64,000 bases of DNA from a virus. Its lineage: Duplodnaviria > Caudoviricetes. Location: positions 608-64,607 of IMG/VR virus record IMGVR_UViG_3300034121_001930. The stretch is one strand, 5' to 3'. The position numbers and the translations under genes are program-made. Numbering within the stretch: the stretch's first letter is position 1; the number at the start of each line of letters is the position of its first letter. This document shows, one piece after another, positions 1 to 8,881 of the stretch. The notes below the pieces were generated by a model. That model was not told where the DNA came from. It did no database searches and saw nothing but the letters and a program-made list of their open reading frames with translations.

Positions 1-626
1 ACTGGAGTTTCGACCGATCCTTCCGCCAGCTCATCTGTCGTAGTAGTTGGCGACAAAACACGGAACTTAGGCGGCAGCGGATCTTGCCTCTCAGTAGAGA
101 GCGTCAGCACTTCGTCGAGCACGGCCTCTTCCACATAGCTGTGGGCCTCAATAACGAACAGAGCGTTCAATTCTTCCTGCTGCGTGTTCTGCTGTTCCTT
201 GTCATAGAAAACGTAATTAACTCCTTCAAACTTATCTTCTGGCACGTTCGGCATGGCTGTGCCGAACTCAATATCTACTGGCTCGAAGTTCTCGCGGAGC
301 GTGACATAGGTACGAGTAACGGTGCGGAACTCCCTGTTTCCAATAACTCTGTTACCAAAAGCGAAGTTGTAGAGATCCTGATTCTCGCGTTCTGATGCGT
401 AGAAGAACTCGAAGATCTCGTTGCGTTCGATGTCTACTGGCTTGATGTATACGAGCTTGTGATCCGGCCACTTGTTGGCGTTAGGGTACGGGGTTCCGTA
501 TTCAGGGAACGGGTTTCCACGATTGCAGTCACGAACCTCACTGAACAAGACATCTCCAATAATTGGAGTTGGGAAGATCTTGCGGTCTTGTCTATACGGA
601 GCTTGTGGTAATTGGGATATTGGCAT
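1..626 (-). CDS. Virion/tail-associated protein, N-terminal part (runs off the left edge)
   Basis: ATG at 626, 11 nt after the stop of the 638..4585 gene; open frame MPISQLPQAPYRQDRKIFPTP... to position 1. Motif DPLPPKFR resembles DTVPEKFR in the ORF at the right edge. Confidence 0.7.
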   Translation of the reverse strand, partial: MPISQLPQAPYRQDRKIFPTPIIGDVLFSEVRDCNRGNPFPEYGTPYPNANKWPDHKLVYIKPVDIERNEIFEFFYASERENQDLYNFAFGNRVIGNREFRTVTRTYVTLRENFEPVDIEFGTAMPNVPEDKFEGVNYVFYDKEQQNTQQEELNALFVIEAHSYVEEAVLDEVLTLSTERQDPLPPKFRVLSPTTTTDELAEGSVETP

Positions 627-637
627 GTGTTTAGATG

Positions 638-3600
638 TTAGCCTTGGAACGTAATTCCATTGTAATTAGAAATAATCGGGGCACTTGATCCAGCCGCATT
701 AGTCGCACTCAACATAATATTTGTTCCGCTAAAACTACTAATGGATATGTTTTTAGAGATTGTTCTGGATTGCTGAACATCGCCACCGATAGAATAACTG
801 ATTAGTGTTTCAAATTTAAACACTGAAGATGACGTTCTAGATATTTTTACGTTTAGTGAAACTGATGTACCGGAGTTTGCGTCAAACGTGAACGGTGAGT
901 TTAGAATATCCACACCACCAAATTTAAGTTTGTATGTTTGTGGGAACTGCGAACCAGCTTGTACGCGCGTTGTTGAGAACTGAACAGTAACTGATTTCGT
1001 CGCAGATGTAAGTGACGATGTAGTTACTGGAACAGTGTGTAGTTCAACCTCGCCAGTGCTTGATCCGGTTGTCGCTTGAGAAATACTAGGGTTGGGGTTG
1101 GGATTGGGGTTAGGATTAGGGTTAGTGTCTGTATCCGGATTAGTTGATTCGTTAGGTGGCTCTACAACACTAATAGGAAGGGTTAAATATGTCGTACCCT
1201 TATACTTAAAATTATTTATATTGGGTAAAATAACCTCAAGATCAGCATAATCAATCTTGATTTTAGACTCATATGATCCTGTTGTAGTTGGGGCCCCAAT
1301 TAAATTACCTGAAGCAAGCGGGTCTGGATCAATACTTAAACCTGACGGGAGCGATTTACTTGACAACACGAGTCTGTTATTAAATACGTCTTTTTTATCT
1401 TTCTGGATTAATTGTGGAGTGTCGAGTTGGTCTGGCGCGGCGGATTGGGCTGTAGCTCCAACGTCATAAATATTAAGCCCCCAACAATATAGATTTCCAT
1501 CGTTGGTTACGGCAAAAGCAGAATTCTCAGTTACAGCTATGTCCACTATATTTAAGTGAGAAGGTATCCCAGACTTACCCCTTTTAACTTTTTTCACGAA
1601 CGGTGTGAAACCGTAAGAATTCCCGATTCCAAGCTGCCCATAATCGTTATTTCCGTAACTAAAAAGTGTCCCATCACCCGTTAAAACAAGATAAAAACCT
1701 TTACCTACTGCTATCTTTTTAATGCTTTTGTTCTTTTTAATTGTATTTAGTGAAGGGGATACCTCAGCACCTAAGTCCAACAATAATTCAGCAGACCCAT
1801 CAGAATAATCGGCTACAATTGTTCCGCTCCACTCGCTTGTTCTGAGTTTTGTTATGTACTTATCCGAAAAATTTTGTAGCAACGTCCAGTTAACTTTACA
1901 AAATAGTCTCGTTAATATGCCATTATTTGTACTGAATGGGTTTGTTTCTAATGATAGATTTACACTTGCTATTCTATTTGAAAAACTTACGCTCGCATTT
2001 TTTAAATTCGTTGGGGTTATTGTGTCGGACACATAACTAAAACTCGCACTATATTTTGGGCGTGAGTAATCAGAAGCAATGTTTAAGTTTTCGTCTGGTA
2101 GCTCGGCTCTCCAAGCATGTAATTCTTGACTAGATACAATTGAATATACAGTTCCTTGTGGGAATGTATCCTGAAAAACAGTACTCAAATAAGGAACCGT
2201 TGCGTTATATGGTATATCGACTGTTTTTTGTTTATAGCTTAAATCAAACTTAAACGCTCTAAACCTATTATCATTAACTGGAGCAAAGTATGGTAAAACC
2301 GCTTCGCTTTGATTGGGACGATCAACGTATAAAGATTTCATAGCTGACCCTATCCTTTTTTCACTAGTGTCTACGACAAAAACACGTAAAGCATCGTCTT
2401 CATAAACAAGAAAGTCTTTACTATCATATGGTACATACCGTGAATAAAGGTCACCTACCCTAAAGTCCGCTGTATTGGCTACATAAGAAACATTATTATC
2501 ATCTAATAAGCTATAAAACTCAACTCTATAATTACTCTTATACACACTGCCGGAAATAATACTTTCGGTTAGGTATACTTCACCAGAATTATTTCTTATT
2601 ATAAAACCAGAACAATATAAGTTTGTTGGTGTGTTTTGCCCTGTTAGAGATATTCTTTCAACTCGCCCTTGTGTTCTATACCGTGCTGCTACGTTCCCGT
2701 AAGAGGAGTCCGAACGCAGATAAAACGTAGAAGATTCAGGTGCTTTAACAGCTGTGTTAATCACTAAAATATTTCCATTCTGGTCAAACGAAATTGATCG
2801 TGGTTCAAAAGGGTTATTTGTATCACCAACATAAAGTGTTGAGACCACTCCAGATGGAGTTATTTTGCGAACCGCATGTGAACCAGAAGTTATTACAGCA
2901 CTAGACCACAATGATTGTTGCTCCCCAAAAGGCCCCTCATTAAGATATATATTTCCGTTTGAATCAATTATTGCTTGTTTTATTACACCAAATCGAGCAT
3001 TGCCCCCAACCCCGTCTTGATGCCCAGATGTACTAGATCCCGCAAAAGTAGATACTACTCCCGCAGGAGTAACTTTCTCAATCCTTGATCCATAACAGAA
3101 GAAAAAATTACCTGAAGAGTCTTTAAGCATTGAAGGTGGGTACACACCAGCGTCGCCAATACTGCCAAAATCCATTCTGAAAATACCACTACCAGTAGCG
3201 AGAGAGCGTACTCCGTAATTTTTATCGTATTTATAGACCCTAAAATCTTTTTGAGTACCCCCTTGCAAAGGAATATCGTTTTTATATAGGATATAAATAA
3301 AATCATTATCCACAGTAAAATACATCGTAGGCGTAAAACTACCTATGCCATCAAGATGGGGGAGGGAAATTTCAAAAGTTTGTAAACCCAATTTAGAGGT
3401 GTTACTATTAGTATCTACTATAATTTCAGCATTAGGGGCACTAAGTTGTAGATTTTGCGAATGTAAACTCGTACGCCGTGCAGACAATTCAGCGACTCCC
3501 GTTAATGTACATGTATTTACTGTAGCACTTACTCTAGTAACACCACCTGTGGGGGGTGCAAACGTTTGGGCGTTTGTCGTAGTAGTTGGTAAAGTCTCAG

Positions 3601-4585
3601 TGTATGCATCTAATGATAAATAAGCTGCGGTCTTATCTGTAAATAAAACCCCTAGCCGTAGAGTATTGCCCAGATTCGAACGTCGCAAATTCATAGGTAA
3701 AATTGACTGGATAATTTTATCCTGTACAATAAAACTATTATCCTGATTATCGAGTATTTGAAAGCCTGTGCCGTCGGTAATTGAGGTGTCGATAATCCCC
3801 GATCTAAAGTTAGAAGAAATATTAAGTTTTCCGTTAGCTAGAACACTAACGGAAATGCTTCTACCACCAGAGAGCCAAGGGCCTCTATTTATAAATGAAG
3901 TAGGTATTCCATGTAAATCATAATAGGAGTATGCGCGTACAAATTTATCATCAAAGATGTAAGAATCACTATCTACCGAACCTAAATAATTTATTTGTGG
4001 TGTAATGTAATTATAAGAGCTAATACTCCATAATTCAAATGTTTGTGATATAAAGTTTCGTGTGATATTGCATTCTAACTTCTGAGTATTCACATTATAA
4101 CTAGTGACAACACCAATCATTGCTACATCCTCCACTTGTTGGGTGTTTGTAACTCTGCTAATTTTAATTGGATCACCAGCTCTCCACCCCCAATCATAAC
4201 CCACACTACCCGCTAGCGTAAAGGTCTTAGAGCCAATGCCAGCAAGAATCGAAGTCTGGGAAGCATTTGGACCTTTAACTGGCAATGCTGCATTAATATA
4301 ACTCGGCGTCATTAACGATGCAGCTCCTGTATCAGTAAGGACCTCAACGCATTCGACCACCGTACTATGATGCGGCGCAACTTTTATAATATTTTCTCCG
4401 CTTAATATATTTCCTTCTGTTGTACTATTTGGAGTTAATGGCGGGTTCTCATTAATGGTATTACCATCAATTCCTCGGACGTTGATTACATCCAATAGAT
4501 TAATATTTACTGGTTGGTTCTTATAGAACCTAAGACGATCATTAATAGAATAATTCAGTGAGGCCGTAATAGTATCTTTTGACAT
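638..4585 (-). CDS. Large tail/receptor-binding protein with NHL-like beta-propeller repeats, RCC1-like repeats and an Ig-like segment
   Basis: 1315 aa. NHL-like motifs (RIEKVTPAGVVSTFAGS, HAVRKITPSGVVSTL), RCC1-like motifs (LTGDGTLFSYGNNDYGQLGIG, VTNDGNLYCWGLN), LPSGLSID...GAPTTTGSY Ig-like motif, (NP)n linker. Markedly AT-rich. Confidence 0.7.
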   Translation of the reverse strand: MSKDTITASLNYSINDRLRFYKNQPVNINLLDVINVRGIDGNTINENPPLTPNSTTEGNILSGENIIKVAPHHSTVVECVEVLTDTGAASLMTPSYINAALPVKGPNASQTSILAGIGSKTFTLAGSVGYDWGWRAGDPIKISRVTNTQQVEDVAMIGVVTSYNVNTQKLECNITRNFISQTFELWSISSYNYITPQINYLGSVDSDSYIFDDKFVRAYSYYDLHGIPTSFINRGPWLSGGRSISVSVLANGKLNISSNFRSGIIDTSITDGTGFQILDNQDNSFIVQDKIIQSILPMNLRRSNLGNTLRLGVLFTDKTAAYLSLDAYTETLPTTTTNAQTFAPPTGGVTRVSATVNTCTLTGVAELSARRTSLHSQNLQLSAPNAEIIVDTNSNTSKLGLQTFEISLPHLDGIGSFTPTMYFTVDNDFIYILYKNDIPLQGGTQKDFRVYKYDKNYGVRSLATGSGIFRMDFGSIGDAGVYPPSMLKDSSGNFFFCYGSRIEKVTPAGVVSTFAGSSTSGHQDGVGGNARFGVIKQAIIDSNGNIYLNEGPFGEQQSLWSSAVITSGSHAVRKITPSGVVSTLYVGDTNNPFEPRSISFDQNGNILVINTAVKAPESSTFYLRSDSSYGNVAARYRTQGRVERISLTGQNTPTNLYCSGFIIRNNSGEVYLTESIISGSVYKSNYRVEFYSLLDDNNVSYVANTADFRVGDLYSRYVPYDSKDFLVYEDDALRVFVVDTSEKRIGSAMKSLYVDRPNQSEAVLPYFAPVNDNRFRAFKFDLSYKQKTVDIPYNATVPYLSTVFQDTFPQGTVYSIVSSQELHAWRAELPDENLNIASDYSRPKYSASFSYVSDTITPTNLKNASVSFSNRIASVNLSLETNPFSTNNGILTRLFCKVNWTLLQNFSDKYITKLRTSEWSGTIVADYSDGSAELLLDLGAEVSPSLNTIKKNKSIKKIAVGKGFYLVLTGDGTLFSYGNNDYGQLGIGNSYGFTPFVKKVKRGKSGIPSHLNIVDIAVTENSAFAVTNDGNLYCWGLNIYDVGATAQSAAPDQLDTPQLIQKDKKDVFNNRLVLSSKSLPSGLSIDPDPLASGNLIGAPTTTGSYESKIKIDYADLEVILPNINNFKYKGTTYLTLPISVVEPPNESTNPDTDTNPNPNPNPNPNPSISQATTGSSTGEVELHTVPVTTSSLTSATKSVTVQFSTTRVQAGSQFPQTYKLKFGGVDILNSPFTFDANSGTSVSLNVKISRTSSSVFKFETLISYSIGGDVQQSRTISKNISISSFSGTNIMLSATNAAGSSAPIISNYNGITFQG

Positions 4586-4612
4586 AAATTTTAGTCGCTA
4601 TTGGCTTATGGG

Positions 4613-6949
4613 TTAGATTGTTACAGATTTAACGACAGCAAAAGCAATTACGATTGCTTCTGCTAATGACGAATTAGACGCATTACGGACATCGATTGTC
4701 GCAGAACCAGCAGCTGATCTAGCGTTCAGGACGTATGATGCGAAGTTAGTGCCGCCGGAAATATGATTCAGGATGAGAACATCACCAGCTTCTATTTTGG
4801 AGTTTGTAAGAGTAAACGAAACAGCTGTGTTCGCAGAAAGAGCGGCTGCGTTCATTGTGATCTGGCCGTTTGTTGTATTAAGGGTAACGCCAGTTGTCTT
4901 GCTTGTATTTTGCGTAACAAGCCCGCCAGAACCGTTAATGTAACCAATCTTGCCAGTGCCATTTACTAGACCGTTCTCAAAATATTTTGGGGTTACGTAA
5001 ATAGAACCTGTAGAGCCGTCTACGTGAGAAACGTATCCAACACGTACTTTGTGTGCAGGATACGTTGGCTCAGTTGCCGTGATCCCGCCGCTAGTTGATA
5101 GCCATACTTCTTGTCCAATAGTGTAGCCAGTCAAATTTAAACCTCTAACTAATCCAGTTAAAGTAACATAACCAGACTCACCAATATTTATATTTTCTGT
5201 AGCGAGTCCGACAACCGACTTAGCCGACAACGAATTATTGGAAGCCAAACCAACTTCGGGCATCCCATCAAAAGAACTGTCGATATAGACTACTTGTCCG
5301 TTTAGAATATTCTGAGAGGCCGTTGCCCGCATTAGCACCTCTTGACCAACTTGTTGCGTGACCGAAGTGCCAGACATTTTAAGGTCCAGTGTCTTGTCGA
5401 CCCCGTTCCAACGGAGCTGGCCTTCCGAAAGAGCGCCAGTTGATTGACTAGATGTTTTGAATTTAAGGGTATCGAATGTAAGTGCTGTTACGGCAGTGCC
5501 GTCATTCGCTGTGCCGCCATTGGCGATTGGCAGTATTCCTGTTACGCCAGCAGTAAGAGGCAAACCAGTACAGCTTGTAAGAGTACCAGAAGTCGGTGTG
5601 CCTAATTGTGGGTTAACAAGCACTGGCGAAGTCGCAAGTACGTTTGCGCCAGAACCAGTCGAAGTAGTTACGCCAGTACCGCCGTTTGCGACTGGTAGAG
5701 TTCCAGTAAGATCAGCAACCGGAACTGTAGCAGCAGCAGTCATTGCTGTAGTGCCTGTTCCTTTTACATAACCAGTAAGGGTAGCTGCGCCAGTACCGCC
5801 GGAAGCAACTGCGATAGGGGATGACAGCGAAGAAATTGTGCCACCAGAAATTGTCGGAGAAGTAAGAGTCTTATTCGTTAAGATTTGGGTATCAGTTGTC
5901 CCAACAATAGCTCCATCTGGAGCAGTCACAGTTGTGAATGAACTTGTTCCATTCGCCTTTAAGATACCAGCAGTGAAGGTAGCCGCACCAGTGCCGCCGG
6001 AAGCGACAGGAATAGCTGTGCTAAAAGTAACACCACTACCAAACGTTTTATTGGTAAGCGTCTGCGAATCAGATGTTCCAACAAGATCTCCAGCTGGAGC
6101 AGTCACAGTTGTGAATGAACTCGTTCCGTTCGCCTTCAAGACACCAGCAGTGAAGGTAGCCGCACCAGTGCCGCCGGAAGCGACAGGAAGACTGCCAGAG
6201 ATTCCAGCAGAAAGATCGACAGGAGCCCATGAAGGAGCGGCAGATCCGTTCGACTTCAGAACATATCCAGCTGTTCCGGCTGCGAGCATCGCTGTTGCTC
6301 CAGAACCAGTTTGATATGGAACTTGACCAACACCGCCGCCAGCAAGATTGGTAGCGGTTGTAGCGGTTGTAGCAGTATTAGCGTTTCCTGTTGTATTTTG
6401 ATTAAGGGTTGGGATAACATCAGTAACCGAAACCCATGACGGCGCGGAAGACCCATTTGATTTGAGTACGAAACCGGATGTTCCGGCGCTCAACAAAGCA
6501 GTTGTGCCGGAGGCACTCTGATAGGGGACTGCGCCAGCAGCGCCACCAGCGATGTTAGTAGCCGTCGTAGCGAGCGTAGCGGTAGCCGCGTTGCCAATTG
6601 TAGACTGGTTTAGCGTTGGGTAGTCGTTAGCGGTAGCAGCAGCGATAACACCACCAGTTGTAGTTTTTAAAACTGTGTTGTTTGGGAAAGAGGATAGATC
6701 TACACCGTTAATCTTATTAACAGTCAGGACACCAGCTGTGTCTGTGACATCGCCAGTATGGGTGGCATTCGAGACCTTAGCGGTATTGATTCCGTGTTGA
6801 GTAAAAATAGCCGCACTCATCAAGCCGCTGGCGCTTGACGTTGCGGTTGGGATCGCGTCGCTTCCGCCGCTGATGTGGGTGCTGGCGTGGCTGGACGGAA
6901 CCGAAACTCCGGCTTCCGAAATGGTCAAGATGTAGGTATCTGATGGCAT
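4613..6949 (-). CDS. Tail fibre protein
   Basis: 778 aa, Gly/Thr/Ala-rich; repeated LPVASGGTGA and TQTLTNKT fibre motifs. Confidence 0.75.
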   Translation of the reverse strand: MPSDTYILTISEAGVSVPSSHASTHISGGSDAIPTATSSASGLMSAAIFTQHGINTAKVSNATHTGDVTDTAGVLTVNKINGVDLSSFPNNTVLKTTTGGVIAAATANDYPTLNQSTIGNAATATLATTATNIAGGAAGAVPYQSASGTTALLSAGTSGFVLKSNGSSAPSWVSVTDVIPTLNQNTTGNANTATTATTATNLAGGGVGQVPYQTGSGATAMLAAGTAGYVLKSNGSAAPSWAPVDLSAGISGSLPVASGGTGAATFTAGVLKANGTSSFTTVTAPAGDLVGTSDSQTLTNKTFGSGVTFSTAIPVASGGTGAATFTAGILKANGTSSFTTVTAPDGAIVGTTDTQILTNKTLTSPTISGGTISSLSSPIAVASGGTGAATLTGYVKGTGTTAMTAAATVPVADLTGTLPVANGGTGVTTSTGSGANVLATSPVLVNPQLGTPTSGTLTSCTGLPLTAGVTGILPIANGGTANDGTAVTALTFDTLKFKTSSQSTGALSEGQLRWNGVDKTLDLKMSGTSVTQQVGQEVLMRATASQNILNGQVVYIDSSFDGMPEVGLASNNSLSAKSVVGLATENINIGESGYVTLTGLVRGLNLTGYTIGQEVWLSTSGGITATEPTYPAHKVRVGYVSHVDGSTGSIYVTPKYFENGLVNGTGKIGYINGSGGLVTQNTSKTTGVTLNTTNGQITMNAAALSANTAVSFTLTNSKIEAGDVLILNHISGGTNFASYVLNARSAAGSATIDVRNASNSSLAEAIVIAFAVVKSVTI
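5917..6189. repeat. Near-identical 96-bp direct repeat inside the tail fibre gene (5917-6012 and 6094-6189)
   Basis: Two copies of CTGGAGCAGTCACAGTTGTGAATGAAC...GAAGCGACAGGAA, 177 nt apart (in frame), with few substitutions. Confidence 0.85.
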
Positions 6950-6953
6950 GGTC

Positions 6954-7331
6954 TTAACTGATTGGGTCTACTGGTACTCCTTTGGTAATGTTGGCCCGCA
7001 CCGTAACGGAGCCGTAAAGCAAGCGTTCCATAGTGGCGGCGCGTTGCATGAAGATGTCGTATTCGTAACTGCCAGAAGGCTTTAGCAAAAGCGTGTTAGC
7101 CTCCGAAAGATTGAACGCCACTTGACCGTTGTTGCCGTCGTCAAGGATTGTTGCTGTAAACGAGACCACTTCTTTCTTCGTAACGGCATCGCGGATGTCG
7201 GCAAAGAAACCGTAAGCTGCCGCCGCTGGCGGGTCCAGATCAATCGGCTGCTCCAACTGATTCTGGATCGTCAGAACGAAGCTGTATTCAGCTGCACGGT
7301 CAATCGTGATATCGTAGTTGGCGGCGAGCAT
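6954..7331 (-). CDS. Small virion structural protein (BppU-like fibre adaptor), paralogue of 11125..11457
   Basis: AANYDITI...YEYDIFM...RLLYGSV matches AANYDLSI...YKWDFFW...KLLYGSV; each copy lies directly upstream of a fibre gene. Confidence 0.6.
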   Translation of the reverse strand: MLAANYDITIDRAAEYSFVLTIQNQLEQPIDLDPPAAAAYGFFADIRDAVTKKEVVSFTATILDDGNNGQVAFNLSEANTLLLKPSGSYEYDIFMQRAATMERLLYGSVTVRANITKGVPVDPIS

Positions 7332-7343
7332 TTCAGTTTGAGC

Positions 7344-7598
7344 TTAAATAGCTTTGTAGAAGATAGCTGTTCCGGTGATTACACCAGTGCCGCCAGTAAT
7401 AGGAGTATCAATGCGGAGTAGTGCTGGATAGGTGATCGACGTTTGGGTTCCGGTAAGGAGCGGTGCGTTTAGGGCCGTCGTAATTGTGCCGGAAGTAACC
7501 CACTGCATAGCGCAGTAATCACCAGCAGGAACGGTTGTAGCGGTCACGATTACAGCACCACCGCGTCCGGCATTTTGTTTGAGAATTGTGTCAGTCAT
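7344..7598 (-). CDS. Small hypothetical virion protein
   Basis: 84-aa beta-rich ORF with a promoter directly upstream. Confidence 0.6.
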   Translation of the reverse strand: MTDTILKQNAGRGGAVIVTATTVPAGDYCAMQWVTSGTITTALNAPLLTGTQTSITYPALLRIDTPITGGTGVITGTAIFYKAI

Positions 7599-7604
7599 AA
7601 TAGG

Positions 7605-7633
7605 AGTCTATAGGATTAAGGGTGGTTGGTCAA
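7605..7633 (-). promoter_or_regulatory. Sigma70-type promoter, near-leaderless
   Basis: TTGACC-17 nt-TAGACT, then 6 nt to the ATG at 7598. Confidence 0.65.
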
Positions 7634-7647
7634 GGGTAGTCGTGGGT

Positions 7648-8007
7648 TTATTCCAGCGTTACAGTCCCATTCTCTGAGATGCTGTGTGCGGGGATGGCTT
7701 CGTGCAGGGCAGTGATATCAGCGAGCGCATCGGCATCCTGTTGAGCGAGCACTTGAGTCAGAAACGCAAACAACGCTCCCTCGATAGTGAGCAACTCTGC
7801 GGCTGCGGCTGTCTCGTTGAGCTTTGCGATGCGTTGTGCTGGAGTCACCTCGCCTTGGTTCCCCCACATCAGGCTGTGTGCCTGTTTGTAGGCAGCGATG
7901 AGCTGACCTTTGACTTGATTAGGTGTTTCGATCAGGCGGGAAACCTGACGGGCAATTTTGTTCTCCTGCGTAGGCTGGGGGTTTACGGTTGGTGCTAGTA
8001 GTGGCAT
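7648..8007 (-). CDS. Hypothetical protein
   Basis: 119-aa ORF co-oriented within the tail module. Confidence 0.6.
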   Translation of the reverse strand: MPLLAPTVNPQPTQENKIARQVSRLIETPNQVKGQLIAAYKQAHSLMWGNQGEVTPAQRIAKLNETAAAAELLTIEGALFAFLTQVLAQQDADALADITALHEAIPAHSISENGTVTLE

Positions 8008-8039
8008 AGTGTTGTATTCTGTTGGTCGTTGTTGGAGAA

Positions 8040-8870
8040 TTAGTATCCAAGAGCAGTGAAGTACCAGTCGAAGTCTTTGCGGATGACATCGGATAGCTTA
8101 TCGGGAAGCACGTCGTTCCAGCCCTTCATGGGGGCGAGCTTGTTGCCAACGTTGTGATCCCCGAACACGCCGAACATCTTGGTATCTTCCTCGACCTGCT
8201 TTTGGATGTTGTCAAAGTCATGGGCAAACTCTGGGAGTTTGAGGTAGGAATAAATCCGGCTCATCGTAATCGCAGGAGCGGTCGTCAAATCTTCGCATTT
8301 CACGAAGAGCACCTTGTCCGCAGTCCCGTCCATGAACAGGCCGCGCAAGCGGTTTAGAGCCAGCCCTACGGGTGGCGACCCTACGTTCGGGTTGTTGCCG
8401 ATTGGCTGGACATTCAGGTTAAGCCAGTTGAACACCCGCGCATCCAGTTGCAGCGGTAAGCTGGCGCACTCGACGGTATCAGTATTCTTGCGGTAGATGC
8501 GCTCCATGCTGGCGACGATCCCGCGCAGGTCGCGCACCATGACAACCATTTTAGGTTGATCTGCCCATGAACTTGTCCAGTTATAGTTGGCCGACCATCC
8601 ACGGTTCTTGTCGCAGACAATGGGGCGGTCAGTGATCGCAGAGTAATAGCCATCGGCAGCGGCCTTGCAGGTGCGCGCAAACGCATTTCGCATCAGTTCA
8701 CGCGGCTGCGCTTGAACTTCCGTGAGTCCGGTGTTGCCCCGCATCCCATACAAAAACTCCAATAAGGGAGATGTGGGTGAGCCGTAGATATCGGGGTTCT
8801 GGTGCAGTAGCACTTGAAGCAGTTCGGAACCGCTGCGAGGCATGGAGGAATTGAAGATTATTTTTTTCAT
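8040..8870 (-). CDS. Sulfotransferase family protein
   Basis: 5'-PSB motif SMPRSGSELL, plus DKNR and 3'-PB motif VMVRDLRGIVAS; probable start MKKIIF at 8870. Confidence 0.85.
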   Translation of the reverse strand: MKKIIFNSSMPRSGSELLQVLLHQNPDIYGSPTSPLLEFLYGMRGNTGLTEVQAQPRELMRNAFARTCKAAADGYYSAITDRPIVCDKNRGWSANYNWTSSWADQPKMVVMVRDLRGIVASMERIYRKNTDTVECASLPLQLDARVFNWLNLNVQPIGNNPNVGSPPVGLALNRLRGLFMDGTADKVLFVKCEDLTTAPAITMSRIYSYLKLPEFAHDFDNIQKQVEEDTKMFGVFGDHNVGNKLAPMKGWNDVLPDKLSDVIRKDFDWYFTALGY

Positions 8871-8881
8871 GTGTGATTTAT

